Of a stretch of DNA of 64,000 nucleotides, positions 36,467 to 51,477 are shown in pieces. Source of the DNA: Hyaloraphidium curvatum SAG 235-1. Its lineage: Eukaryota; Fungi; Monoblepharomycota. Each line of letters opens with the position of its first letter. Within the stretch, counting starts at the first letter, position 1. The position numbers were made by a program, and so were the translations under genes. The notes below the pieces were generated by a model. That model saw nothing but the letters and a program-made list of their open reading frames with translations. It had not been told where the DNA came from and did no database searches. Location: NCBI GenBank assembly GCA_025558095.1, contig JAIVFI010000022.1, forward strand, positions 434,001 to 498,000, given 5' to 3'.

Positions 36467-37610
36467 TGTCGCGGGCTGATCGCCGGCGGCCCCAATAAGA
36501 GGGGCACACTAGAGAGGAGGGAGGCGAGGGAAGTGGGCGCGGCTTCTTTCTGGCACTGGAGCCGCGAACGCCGCGGGCCTGGCGTCCCCGCTGCCCGAAA
36601 TCTCTCGTCGATAGTCGGGGTGATCGAAACCATGACGATCAGGAAGGAGGCATCGATGGAGCTGGGATGACTGCGATCGCCCCGTGAAGTGAAGGCGCGG
36701 TTCCTCGTTTTCGCCGCGCCGCGTGCCTTGAGCAGTCACCTCCTCCACCGCGCGAGCGTTTCAGCCGCCCCGGCGTCGGTCTTGAGCCTCCTTTCACGGC
36801 AGTTCGCACAGCTGAGATTGCCGGTCCGTGCACGATCGAGCGTCGCGGTGAGTCTCGGCTCGCCCGCACGTCACCGACGCCGCCCCGCGTCCCTCCCCGC
36901 GCGCCTCCCTCCCGTGCCTTGCGTCCTCCCGAGTCCGTCCCGCGAAGCTTGTCTACCGCTGCGCTCAGCGTGCGCCCGCGCACGACCCCGCCAGCACCGC
37001 TCCGCTACGGCGAAAGGGATGCGGGTATCCTACAATGGCTCCGGGACTGGAATGGAGCTTTCACGGTCCTTTGGGCGAGGCAGCGGGTTGTCAACGGACC
37101 TTGCATCGCCTTCAGACTCCGACCAGCCGTCTCGGACTCCCCATCAGCTCCTCGCGCCGCGTCAACGCATCCGGGCTGCGTCGTTCGCACGGCCGACCCA
37201 ACATACAGCAGGACCGTTGGCCTTCGACCCTTGGATTGACCGATCTCTCTTCCGTCCTTTCTCCAACGGCGATCGACATCGGATCGGTGTCGGTGGCAAC
37301 GCCCAACAGTCGGCCGAAGATGGCCGGTCGTGGACAACGGCGCCCGTGCGCACGGCAGCGCGGCCATGCCTGCGAAGGCCAATCCGCCCTTCATCCAACG
37401 TTCTTCTGCATCAGTGCATCTGGAGGCACGACTTTGCGCTGAAAGGGACCTTTGGGGAGCTGCGCCTGTGCGGCAGCGGGCCGCTCCGCACTTCCGCAAG
37501 TGGTCCCTTGTTGCGGTCCCTTCGTCGGCCGGTCCCTATACGTCCTCACGAACCCCAGGTCCCTCATTCGCCCCACTCGACTCCGCACCTGCGCCGCCCT
37601 CGCCTCCGCC

Positions 37611-38989
37611 ATGAAGGCCGCCCTGCTCGCGCTCGCCGCCCTCGCCCTCGCGGCCCCCGCGCACTCGGCGCCCGCCGCCGGCCGCGGTCCGCCGCTCTTC
37701 GCGCCGTCCGGCGGCCCGCCCGCCGGCTCGGGCACGGTGCACCCGTTCGCCGCCCGCGGCCGCTACGTCGTGCTCGCACCTGGCCTGCTCGACAACGCCC
37801 CCGAGCGCGTGCGGCTCAACCTCTTCGACGACGTCGACCTCGAGGCCGTAAAGGACTACGCCAAGGACCCCGAGGACGACGACGACGTCGCCGCCCTGTT
37901 CGGCCGCGTGGACGGGGAGGTCCTCTCGAGCGTCGTGCTGACGACCAGGACGGGCAACGCCGCCGGCACCGTGCGTACGCACGACAAGGTGTATGAGATC
38001 GAGCCTGTGCACGGCGCCGTGCACGTGGTCTGGGAGATCGACCCCGCCAAGTTCCCCGCCGAGGGCCAGCCCCGGCTGTCGCCGTTCCAGCGGCCGCAGG
38101 GCCCGCCCAGCACCCCGCCCGGGCACATGGCCAAGCGCCAGAGCCCCGTGATCGACGTGATGGTGGTCTACACCCCGCAGGCCCGCATCGATGCCGGCGG
38201 TCTCGCGGCCATCCAGGCGGCCATCAGCCTGGCCGTCACCGAATCCAACGACGCCTACGCCTCCTCGGGCGTCGCGCAGCGTCTCCGCCTCGTCTACACC
38301 ATGGAGGCGGCCAACTACGTCTCTGGCGGCTCGGACGCCGACCTGCGCCGCGTGACGGACCCCTCTGACGGCTTCCTCGACGACGTGCCGCTTCTCCGCA
38401 ACGCATACGGCGCCGACGTCGTGAGCTTCTGGAACACGGACTCGGCCATGTGCGGCCTCGGATGGCTCAACACCGACCTGGCCATCTCATCGGCCTACGG
38501 CTACTCGGTCGTCTCCCGGACGTGCGCCACGGGCTACTTTTCCTTCTCCCACGAGGTGCGTCGACTAGCGTGAATCCATGCAGCTTCCCACGGTAAAGCT
38601 GACCATCCACCCCACGGCTGCAGATCGGCCACAACCAGGGCCTTTCGCACGACCGCGCCAACTCGGTCGGCGCCACCCCCGTCGCCCCCTACGCCTACGG
38701 GTACCAGGAGCCCTCTGGCCTCTTCCGCACGGTGATGGCCTACATGTGCCCCTCGGGCGCCTGCCCGCGCATCAAGATGTTCTCCAACCCCCTGGCTAGC
38801 TACAACGGGGCACCCGCCGGGGTCCCGTCGACGCTGTCGACGGCGGCGGACAATGCGCAGGCGATGAACCAGGGGGCGGCAATGGTGGCGGGGTGGCGGC
38901 AGGCCGTGGTGACGCAGGCGCGGACGACGACGCGCAAGCCGGTGGCGACGACCAAGGCCAAGGCCGCGGCGACGACCAGGAGGAAGTAA
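37611..38989 (+). CDS. Secreted metzincin metallopeptidase (reprolysin-like/peptidyl-Asp type)
   Basis: Signal peptide, prodomain ending in KR, IDVMVVYT, ADVV and CGLGW. The motif SHE|IGHNQGLSH (HExxHxxGxxH) is split by intron 38556-38623. Met-turn is RTVMAY. Confidence 0.85.
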
Positions 38990-39069
38990 CATGGGTGCCA
39001 AAGAATCATTAGACCAAGATTGTGGATGCCATGAACCAGCGCCCCGTCCGAACCCGCCGCCTCCCGCCC

Positions 39070-39989
39070 TCAGAGCGACTCGTCCGCGAACGTCCGCTGC
39101 TTGGGCCTCCATTTCCGCGGCAGCAGGTCCCCCCACGTCTCCAGATCCTCCGTCAGCTCGTACGTCCCGTCGTCGCGCCTCGCCAGCACCACGGGCCCGC
39201 AGTGCGGCACGTTGGCCAGGTGCTCGAACTCCTCGAAGCGCATGTGGAAAAAGCGCATGAGGAAGATGCGGAGCATGAGCCCGTGGGTGACGATCACGGC
39301 CACGTCGGGGCGCACGTTGGGCCGTTCGAAGGCGCGGAACATGGTTTCGAAGAATGAAGAGATGCGATCATAGCAGTCTGCGCCGCTTTCGCCGCCGGGC
39401 ACCCTGCGAACGACGTCTGTCAGCATTTAACACCGCAGAGGACCCCAGCCCAGAATTCACCGGTAGAAGAAGTGTCCGAACGCGGCGCGTTCTTCCTGGA
39501 ACGAGGCACGGCGGGTCAGCACGGGATCCCAGGCGGTCGAGGACGCCCCTGATCCACCTTGATCCCGCGGATTTGTTTTGCGTCCTGCAGGTTTCCCCAG
39601 TCCATCTCCCGCAACCTCGGCTCCTCGAACCTGAGCACCTTGTGGTGCCCTCCCTCCCCAAGCGCCTCGAGCACCGCGTCGGCCGTCTGCCTCGTCCTCT
39701 CGTACGGCGAGCACCACAAACAAATCCGCTCCCCGGGCCGCACCCTCGCGCCGACCTCCTCGCCCGCAGCACGCGCCTGGGCGCGGCCGGCGGCCGTCAG
39801 CGGCATCCTGTAGTCCGGAACCTTCTCCATGGCTTCGGGGCTGATATTTCCCTCGCTTTCGCCGTGCCGGAGCAGGATTATTTCCCTCGGGCGGTGGGCA
39901 CGGAGCGTTGCGGAGGACATGACGCGGGATGCGGAGGCGGGAGGGCGCAGGACGCGGGAGAGTTGGGGGACGCCGGGCCTGGGGGGCAT
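39070..39989 (-). CDS. Histidine phosphatase superfamily (Det1-like)
   Basis: IILLRHGESEGN, SPYERTRQT, EEPRLREMDWGN, GHFFYR/.PGGESGADCYDR and VTHGL. An alternative start lies at 39920. Confidence 0.85.
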
Positions 39990-40263
39990 TGACTTCTCGT
40001 GGGTGCGGCGTGGGTGCGGCTGCGTCTGCCCTTCAACTCCTCCCAGGCAGCTGAACCGTCTCTTTCATGCGATCCGTTTCGGTAATGACGATAAAGCAGT
40101 ACATTGAACTAGAAGACCACGATTGTACGTATGCGATGGTGGATCAGCAATAGTTGAGGGTGACAGTTCCCAAACACTAGAGACGACAGACAGGAGTCGT
40201 GAAAGAGCTGGAGGATGAGCGAGGGTGTTGATGGATAGCGAGTGGCGTGCACTACGCGTGCAA

Positions 40264-41289
40264 TCAGTGGGCCAGGAGCTTGCCTGAGGGCGGGGCGAGT
40301 CGCTGTCAGAGCACGTCGGACAAGCGGATGCCAACCAAAGCCCACCGCCGTACGACCAGAACCCGGCCAGACGCTGGATGATGACGGCGTTCTCGGGTTC
40401 GATGACGGTCGACACCCGGATAGGCGGCGAGTAGACGTGAAGGGTGACACAGTCCTGCTCCGCGGGCACCGGTCAGCAACAACAAGCAGGGACAGCAGTG
40501 GGCGACGCACTCCCGCGTCCGCGCTCATGGCGTGCAGCCCCAAGGAGTCGTCGATGTAAGCCGTGTCGCCCGCCCGCAGGTCGGCCCGGCCAATCTCGAC
40601 AATGTCCTCGGACGCGCAGTCGACCACCTTGAGGTTCGCCGGGTCGTTGTTCTCGAGCTCCGACCGGTCCAAGAAGTTGCGGTACAGCGTCTCCGTGAGC
40701 GGGCCCTCGAAGCACGCCACGAAGCACCGGCCGCCGGCGTGGTTGTGGATCCGGGACTTCTGGCGGTCCTTCCAGCAGCTTCGCGGGCCGCGTCAGCGCG
40801 ACCGCCAGGCAAGAAGCAGCACACGGCGGGCAACCAACATGACGATCATCTCAAAGTCCTCGGTGGCGCCGACGAGGTTCCGCGTGTAGTGCTCTTCGCA
40901 CCAGTGCCGGTAGAGCTCGTAGTCGGCCGGCTTTATCGACCCCGCGGCGCGGGCCAGGGCCGCGGTGATCAGCGCCTTCTGCTGGTCGCGGGGCGCCTCG
41001 CGGAAAATGGAGTCGAGCTCGCGGTACAGCGCCGAGAGCACCGCAGGTGGCTTCTGGATGCTGTTTGGCGCGCGCGCCGGGGTCAGCTTGAAAGTCGGGT
41101 GCAGGCATAGGGCCCGGCAAGGCTGCCTGCCGACCTGAACTCCTCGCCGTTGACGACGCACGGCTGGCAGCTTGCCAGCTGGTCGACGATAGCCGGCGAC
41201 CCTTGGTATCTGAAACTCTTCTGCGCGCGGAGCGGCGGCAGCGCGGGGCTGGCCGGCAGCGGCGCGTTGGCTTCGTCGAGGAGCGACAT
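40264..41289 (-). CDS. CDO1: Cysteine dioxygenase type I
   Basis: YTRNLV, CW...SRIHNH.GG.C (Fe-binding His pair plus cross-link Cys), YIDDSLGLH and TLHVYSPP. Four introns. Confidence 0.85.
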
Positions 41290-41611
41290 GGCGGCGGCGG
41301 GGCGGATCCGTGTGGGGCCGGCCGGCAGAGATTCGTGGTGCACAGGCCACGGGACCCAGCGCCGCAGCAAACAGTCCGCCCGATCACTTCCGCACGGCGG
41401 CCTTCGATCAGGCGGCAACACGGCCCCGCCAAACTCCGCGTCTCCCACTCGTTTTACGCCAATCGCTTTCCTCTGAAGGCAATCTCGGTCGACGTGCGGA
41501 CACCCAGCCACCTGCGCAGCTTAGGAGGCGGTTTTTCCTTCGAACGCCGATTTCAACGGCCCGTGTCTGCGGAGCCGACGACTCCCGACTCGGTGGCAAA
41601 GCTCGGCAGAC

Positions 41612-44020
41612 ATGGCGGACCCGGCGACGCGCCCGAGCATCGCTGAGATTGAGCGCGCGCTTATGCTCGACGTGCCTCCTACCGCACCATTCGCGCTCGA
41701 GGACAGGGAGGTCCCGACCTGGGACGGCAAGAAGACGACTGTCAAGGCCTTCAGGCAATACAACAAGACCTGGCGCGACGCCTACATCAAGCTCGTCGCC
41801 ACCTTCGGCAAGAGCCATGACCGGGACGCCTTTGTGTCGGTGTCCAGCGAGCGTCTCGCCACCCTTTCCGACCTCTGATCCTTTCCGTCTCCTTCTTCCG
41901 TTCCACACCTTCCGACCTCTTCGTGCCTGCCCTTGTGTGATGAAGCTACTCGGATATGGAGCAGAAGCAAGAGGAACGCCTCACCTGGCCGCAGTTCTTT
42001 GGCTGGGTCGGCGCCGTGAGCCGCGCCCTTGTCGAGAAGTACAACGTCAAGGTCGGGGACAAGATCGGTGTCGCCAGCCGCAACTGCACGGAGTGGTTCA
42101 TGGTGTGGTGGGCGTGCCATGTCGTCGGAGGTCGGTTGCCCCTTTTTCAGCCCGTCCCAATCCTACAATCCCGCTGATCCCGCCCCCAGCCTGCTGCGTG
42201 CAGCTCAACGCCTTCCTCAACGGGCCTGAACTCGAGTGGTGCACCCGCTTCACCGAGTGCCGGATCGTCTTTGCCGACGACGACCGCCTCGAGGCGCTCA
42301 GGCCCTACGATGCCGCGCTCAGGGCCGAGGGCGTCCAGCACCTCATCCTGTACCGCCGCGACCCCAGGCGGGCCATTACCGAGAAGAACCCCGAGGGCTA
42401 CGGGCACTGGAAGGGCGTGGACCTTTGGCAGGACTTCCTCAAGGGTCAGGACGTGACGGACCCGACGATCCCGGACAGCACCGTGACGGAGAACGACCTG
42501 GCGCTGTTCCTCTTCAGTTCCGGGACTACGGGCCGCCCGAAGGCCATCCCCAGCACCCACTTCAACGTCGGTCACGCCTCCTTGCCGTCTGCGAATCCCA
42601 TGCTGACGATTTCTTCCAGTGGGGTCAGCAGATGGCCCTTTTCGACGTCCTCGGCGCCCGGAGCGCCCTCCGCAACGGCCTCCCGCTGCCGCCCAACTAC
42701 CCGAACCACGACAAGTTCCTGGCCCCGCCGGTCGTCGTTCTCCAGGCCACCCCGCTGTTCCACCTGGGCGGGATCGGCGCCTGTCTCGGGGCGATCATGA
42801 ACGGCGGCAAAGTCGGTGGGTGGTCCGGCGCCCAACCCCGCCGGTATGGTTGCTGACCGGCTTCACTTCCAGTCATGATGTACCGCTGGAACCCCGCCGA
42901 GGCGCTCTACCTGATCGAGAAGGAACGGTGCACAAACACTCTTTTAATCCCCACGATGGCGCAGCAGGCGCTCATTCACCCGGACCGCAAGAAGCGCGAC
43001 CTCTCGTCGCTCGTCGGCATCGCCATGGTATGTTCTACCGCCGCGTCGATATGTCCTCCAACGTTCCCCTAACGCCCGCCCCTCCACAAGGGCGGCATGG
43101 TCGTGAACCCCGATCTCGTCTCCAAGACGCGCGAGGACCTCGCCCCCAACTCGCTCGCGGCCAACTCGTACGGCGCCTCCGAGTGCCTGGGCATCACTTC
43201 CAACGGCCCGCCGGACTTCCAGGAGCGGCCCGACAGCGTCGGGCCTCCGTTTCTGCCGGTGCAGATCAGAATCTGGGATTCCGAGACTGGCGAGGACATC
43301 ACGGACCTGCATGGCCAAAGGACCGGTGATATCATGGTCCGGGGCCCGCAAGTTGCGGCGGGATACTGGAAGAATCCCGAGGCTAACCAGAAGACCTGGA
43401 TAAATGGGTGAGCTAGACGTGCAATTGGCGTCAAAGGAGGTCCGAACTAAGCCTGGGACCGCTGGTCAGGTGGTACAACACGGGGGACGTCGGCTACATC
43501 ACCAAAGATGGTTTCCTGTATCTTTCCGATCGCAGCAAGGATATGGTACGTCGAGTCACAGCCCGAGAGGCTAGAAACGGAACTGATGCCACCTTTGTCC
43601 ACCTTTGCAGGTCATTCGAGGCGGGGAGAAGTACGTGCTGCAAAGCTGCAGCCACTTACCCGAGCTGACGTTCTTCTTTTCAGCATCGCCCCGGCGGCCG
43701 TTGAGAGCGCCATCAATTCCCATCCTGCTGTGATGCAGTGCGCCGTGTTCGGGGTCCCTGACACGGTCTTCGGCGAAGAGCTAGCTGCCATCGTGACGAT
43801 CAAGCCCGAGTTTTCGGCCAAGGACGTCACTCCTCAGGCGATCCGCGCCCACCTGAGGCCCTTGCTTGCGCGCTTCCAGATCCCGGCCATGATCGAGATC
43901 ACCACGACGCCGTTGCCGGTCGGCACGACTTTCAAGACGGCGAAGCGGCAGCTTAGGGACGAGTTCATTGCGAGGCTCAAGGCGGCCGGCGACCAGGATG
44001 TGATCCGCGCGAAGCTCTAG
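41612..44020 (+). CDS. Class I adenylate-forming enzyme (acyl-CoA synthetase) with PTS1 (-AKL)
   Basis: FSSGTTGRPK, PLFH, SYGASE, GDIMVRGP.V..GYW, W.NTGDVG, DRSKDM/IRGGE and PD..FGE. Ends RAKL*. Confidence 0.88.
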
Positions 44021-44063
44021 GGACGAAGCTCTGCAGGCTGTAGACGATCAGAGAGACATTGTT

Positions 44064-45015
44064 CTATTGCTTCGCAAGGATGTGGTCCGCAAACTGCCCC
44101 ACGATCGCGTTGAACTCCGCCGGTGTCTCCAACTGGGGACAGTGGCCCGCGCTGGCGATGGTCTTGAGTTCCTTGCCAAACAGCGTCGGAAACTCCGTCG
44201 AGGCGATGAGGGCCTTTATGAACTCGCCGGAAACCACGACATCCCTGTCTCCGTGGAGGAGGAGAACGGGCTTGTCCGTGGTCTTCATGATGTCGATCTC
44301 CGAAACTTTCGAAGCTCCGAAAGAGGCGGAAAAGACTCGCGAAAAGTCGGGGTCACGCCTCAGGCAATCATCGAACATAAACTGTCGGCGAAGGAGGATC
44401 AGAACGTGAATGGGGGTGCTCATCCTGGACACGTACCTGATGACCTTCAAAGCCTGGTGCCAGTTGCCCCTCTACCCGCAGTTTGGCATCCTCCATAGTG
44501 TACTTTTCCGGCTTGAACAGCACGGTCATCGACTCGTGCGGGTGGAAGCGGCCAGTGAAATCCAGGGGGTTGCCAAACGGGGGCGAGCCGTGGGCTCCAA
44601 ACCCTCCCAGCTTCGGCAAGAGCGGGATGCAGCGGAGGGCAAGGTGGCCACCGAGAGACCAGCCTATCATAATCGACCGTCCGTCGTGCAAACCGGCGGC
44701 CTCGACAGTTGCCGCCAGGAACGCCGGCCACTTGTCGATCGCGTACACCTCTTCAGAAAGATCTCCCGCATCCGCCGAATCCCCGTGCCCGGGGAGGTCG
44801 ATCGCCACCACGTTGTAGCGGGCGTTGAGCCCTTGGTCAGTAAACTGCGCATCGTAGGTCTTGGAGCTCATCGAGTTGCCGTGAACGAATATCAACGTCG
44901 GCTTCGCGGCATCGTTCGTAAGAGCAGAGTGGACTGCGATGTCCAGCGTCTTGCCCGTCGAGCCGACCGGGACGGGCACGACCTTGGTCGTCACGTGTTT
45001 CCGGAAGTCCGCCAT
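44064..45015 (-). CDS. Alpha/beta hydrolase
   Basis: IFVHGNSMSS, AIDLPGHGDS, nucleophile elbow GWSLGG, LHGDRD and AGHCPQLE.P. One intron near 44384-44437. Confidence 0.85.
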
Positions 45016-45198
45016 GTCGTAGCAGCGTTCCCGAAACGTCTCGCAACTGTGTCTGCCACCCCGAAGCACGCCCAATGCAAGATAGCAAGGGGAGCGGCGC
45101 GGCGTGCTGCGCGGCACGTGTGATCGACGACGCGATCGCTCGAGAGCTCATTCGGCCTGTTTCGCTGTTCGGGAGGCCAGACAGAACTCTACTCCGCA

Positions 45199-45745
45199 AT
45201 GGACCATTCGCATCATGCACACCATGCTGGACACGGGGACCCCGCGGGGGCGTCTCCGCCGGGCGGCCACGGGGGCCACGCCATGGCGATGGCGTTCAAG
45301 TTCTCGTACGAAGAAACCATCCTTTTCGGCTTCTGGAAGACCTCGACGCCGCTGTCGTTCCTTCTTTCTTGTGGAATCGTGTTTCTGCTCGGCGTCTTTT
45401 GGGAGTACCTGGGGGAGACGCGTCGGCAGCTAGACCGCGACCTGTCGCGTTCCGCCAAGGGCGCTAAGGAGCCTCGGAGCGGCACGATCGTTTTGCAGGA
45501 CGACCAGCAGTGGAAACGAAGTATTCTGTATGCCGCTTCCATGCTCGTTTCCTATCTCCTGAGTAGGTGCTTGGATCCGGCGAGGAGAACTACACTGACG
45601 AGGCCCAACAACAGTGCTCATAGCGATGACCTACAACGTGCTCCTTTTCGCCGCCGTAATTGGAGGCGTCGGCGTCGGCCACTTTCTCTACGCGCGCAGG
45701 CTGTCTCCGAGCGACGAATCGGAAGCGGATGGGGGCTGCCATTGA
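45199..45745 (+). CDS. Ctr-family copper transporter
   Basis: His/Met-rich N-terminus and ILFGFW. Splicing gives YLLMLIAMTYN (MxxxM), followed by GxxxG in TM3 and a C-terminal CH. Confidence 0.9.
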
Positions 45746-45801
45746 GTCGTGGCGACACGGTTCTACTGTGCGTTACGGGGTATACGGAGCCCACTCTTGG
45801 A

Positions 45802-48606
<2,805 letters not shown>

Positions 48607-48903
48607 TGCGGCGGCCGGCTCCGGGCGCCGTCACCGCACGGACACTGCCTCCGAGGTTTGAGGGACTCTGCCCGCCGCCGGCGTTGCGTGCCGGCGCGGG
48701 GTGGCCGATGCGAGCGGCCCCGGTCGCCTCCCCCGCAGCAAGCCGCAGAGTTCGGCAATGCGCCGCGGGCCTCCGCTTCGGCTTGCAGCCGGCGATGCGG
48801 CGTGGAGTGCGGGCTGGATTCGGCGATCGGAGAGGGTCGCCAGCGCAACCAAACAAGCGGCGGACGACGAACCCCCGCGCCGCGCGCACCGATTCGGGCC
48901 GCG

Positions 48904-50604
48904 ATGGCCGCCGCGGACGATCTCGCGATAGTGTTCCTCCAACATGGAATGGACGGCTCGAGCTTCGACTTTGAGCACTTTGCCCTGACGCTGGAGCGGC
49001 AGTTCCGGCTCGTCGCGGGGCCCGGCCGCCGCATCCTCGTCTGGAACTCCAACGCGAACAAAGGCCGGACGCCCGACGGCGTCGCCGAGATGGCCAATCG
49101 GTCCGCCGCCGAGTTTGCCGACCTCTGGCGGCGCGACCTGGGCCCGGAAGGCGCCAGGCCGAAGCGCGTGTTCCTGGGGCTCGTCGGGCACAGCATTGGC
49201 GGCCTCATCTGCCGCTACCTCGCCCGGATCCTGCTTTTGGAAGGCGAGGGCGGCGCTCCGTCGCTTCTGGACGGCCTGACCGGCGGTTGGACGGCCAAGC
49301 CCGACGTCGTCCCGCTGTCCTTCATGACCGTCGCGTCGCCCCACCTCGGCGTCCGGAGACCGACCACGGTGCCTTCCGAAAACGCCTCGACGGCGCCGGC
49401 GTCCCTGTACTCCCGCATCCTCGGTACCGCGGCCAAGCAGGTCGCGCAGCTCAAGATGGGGCTTTCGGGCAAGGAGCTCCTCGTCTCGGACGACCGCGAG
49501 AACCCGATGGTGCTCCGCCTCTGCCGCCCGCCCTTCTCGGACGCCCTGCGCAGGTTCAGGAACAGGACCGTCGCCGGGTCCACCGTCAACGACGTGGTGC
49601 CGTACTGCTCGGCCCTGATCCGTTCCCGGAACCCATTCGTCAAGGAGAGCGAGTTCCGGATACGGTTCGAGCAGCAGGGCCTCGAGGTGAACGAGTGGAG
49701 CGGGTTCGATCCGCGCACCGCGGAGCTGTACGCGGACCACATGCGCCGGGTCCTCGCGTGCGGGGACCCCGCGAGGGCCAGGGAGATGGAGGACGGGATG
49801 CCAAAGGGCGACATCCACAGGAACGCGCAGCACGTGTTCGAGCTTCCGCCAATTTGCTTGGATCCGGTCGGGACGAAGCATTACCTTTCCGAGCCCTTTC
49901 CGATGCCGATCGTCAAGCGGCACGGCCACACAGTCTCCCAGGGGGCGGCCGTGGCCTCGGTGAAGGCGGCCGAGGGATCTCCGGCGCACAAGCGGAGCAT
50001 TTCGGCCGCAACGATCGGCTCATTCGTTCGGTCGTTCGCGCTGGGCAGTTCCCCCCTCACGGGAGATCGGACGTCGGATGCGGCGTCGATAGCAGCCTCG
50101 GAATCCGCCACTTTGGTCGCTTCGGAAACGACGTCGGGAAGCACGGGGCTGCTCGAACCCGCCGGAACCGGGCCCGCCCGGCCCGTGAGCGCGCCTCCCA
50201 GCACGAAATCCGACGCCACCGTCGAGGCCGCGGACTCGCTCGTCGGGCGGCAAACAACGACCGACTCGCCGCCTTCCGTCGAGTTCCCCCCGCAGCTCAT
50301 GATCGAAGCCCAGGCCTGCTTCGCGGGCGTCGCGCCCGGGACCGACGCGGACGCGGTCGCGGCGGCAGCGGACGACAGCGGGACGTTCCGCCGCGTCTCC
50401 CTGACAATCTGCATGAAGACGCATCCGGCGCTCTTCTTCATGCAGACCCATCCGATGCTCATCGGCAAGACCGTCGCCGGCGTCGCCAGGGACGTCGTGG
50501 AGGTCGGGTGGAGGAGCAGCGAGCTGCTCGCGAGGATCATTTGCGTGGACTACCTCGTGGCGGTCGGAGCAGCGCGGGCGGCGGAGGAGGATCCATCGGA
50601 CTGA
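48904..50604 (+). CDS. DUF676 putative lipase/serine esterase, single exon
   Basis: VFLQHGMDG, GHSIGGL..RY, FMTVASPHLG and DVVPY.S. Confidence 0.8.
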   Translation: MAAADDLAIVFLQHGMDGSSFDFEHFALTLERQFRLVAGPGRRILVWNSNANKGRTPDGVAEMANRSAAEFADLWRRDLGPEGARPKRVFLGLVGHSIGGLICRYLARILLLEGEGGAPSLLDGLTGGWTAKPDVVPLSFMTVASPHLGVRRPTTVPSENASTAPASLYSRILGTAAKQVAQLKMGLSGKELLVSDDRENPMVLRLCRPPFSDALRRFRNRTVAGSTVNDVVPYCSALIRSRNPFVKESEFRIRFEQQGLEVNEWSGFDPRTAELYADHMRRVLACGDPARAREMEDGMPKGDIHRNAQHVFELPPICLDPVGTKHYLSEPFPMPIVKRHGHTVSQGAAVASVKAAEGSPAHKRSISAATIGSFVRSFALGSSPLTGDRTSDAASIAASESATLVASETTSGSTGLLEPAGTGPARPVSAPPSTKSDATVEAADSLVGRQTTTDSPPSVEFPPQLMIEAQACFAGVAPGTDADAVAAAADDSGTFRRVSLTICMKTHPALFFMQTHPMLIGKTVAGVARDVVEVGWRSSELLARIICVDYLVAVGAARAAEEDPSD

Positions 50605-50651
50605 CGTTCACGGCACAAGTAGATGCATTCAGGCTCTGCGCCGCCGCTCCG

Positions 50652-51344
50652 TCACGATTCGAAACGCCGGAGATTGCACCGCAGCTTCAAAGTGGCAACC
50701 TCCTCGCCCGCTCCGCTCTTGTCCGCGAGCCGCGCGGCCACCGAAACCCATCCCTCGGCGTCGACCGCCTTCATGACGTCGGCGTGGTCCACAACCGCCT
50801 CGACGCCGATGTTCCCGCGCGCCTTCTTGTGGTAGTCGATCGTCCCCGAGACGGGGAGCACGCCGATCCTCCCGGCTCCCGCGGTCCGCGTGAGGTGCTG
50901 TCCCGCCAGCGTGGCGGCCATCGCAGCCGCCAGTTCCCCGGCGGTAAAGAGGGCGCCGGCGTGCACGGAACCGAGGTGGTTCCTGTTGCGGCGGATGTCG
51001 GGCAGGACGAGGGAAACGCGGGTCTCGGCGTCCGTGGAGGTGACCGCGCGGAAGCGCGGCTTGACGACGAACGAAAAGGGCACGACGAACGAACACTGGC
51101 GGGAGATTCGAGACCGGTGGGCGACGCAGGAGCAGCGATTACCCACGATGAAGCCAAAGAGCCAGGGGCCCAGCCAGGATCCGACGAGCGGCATCGACAC
51201 GAGGGAGGTCCAGATTCGCGCGGCGGTCAGGCTCTCCCACCAGGCGGGAGCGCGGCGGGCGACCGCCTTGGAGGAAGAGCCGGAAGGGACGACGTCCATT
51301 GAAGATGAGGAAGCTGCTGCTGGTTCAACCGGCGAAGATTCCAT
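50652..51344 (-). CDS. Hotdog-fold thioesterase (PaaI/DUF4442-like)
   Basis: RNRNHLGSVHAGALFTAGE and IDYHKKARG. Start is uncertain. Confidence 0.75.
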   Translation of the reverse strand: MESSPVEPAAASSSSMDVVPSGSSSKAVARRAPAWWESLTAARIWTSLVSMPLVGSWLGPWLFGFIVGNRCSCVAHRSRISRQCSFVVPFSFVVKPRFRAVTSTDAETRVSLVLPDIRRNRNHLGSVHAGALFTAGELAAAMAATLAGQHLTRTAGAGRIGVLPVSGTIDYHKKARGNIGVEAVVDHADVMKAVDAEGWVSVAARLADKSGAGEEVATLKLRCNLRRFES

Positions 51345-51477
51345 CTCCTTCACGTGCTTTGGCAGAAGGCCTCGATCAATAACTGCATGGAGCGCGCGGT
51401 CGCCGATCAGTCTCTCTCGCTTCCGAGGTCGAGAATCGCCGCTTCGCTGCCAGTTCCGCGGAATCAGAGCCTCAATT

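Noticed and set aside
36689-37610. Possible gene in the 1.1-kb gap upstream of the metalloprotease
   Set aside because: No codon bias, motif or consistent exon structure, so I treated it as intergenic or UTR.
44384-44437. Apparent frameshift in the alpha/beta hydrolase
   Set aside because: Explained by a canonical intron (GTACGT...CTGAT...CAG). Most frame changes between adjacent ORFs in this window have the same explanation.
49287-51302. 671-aa Arg/Gly-rich ORF, and similar long alternate-frame or antisense ORFs (14776-16131, 22859-24424, 25166-26662, 46672-47901)
   Set aside because: They overlap well-supported genes, have low-complexity R/G/A/P composition and show no motifs, as expected for GC-rich shadow frames.
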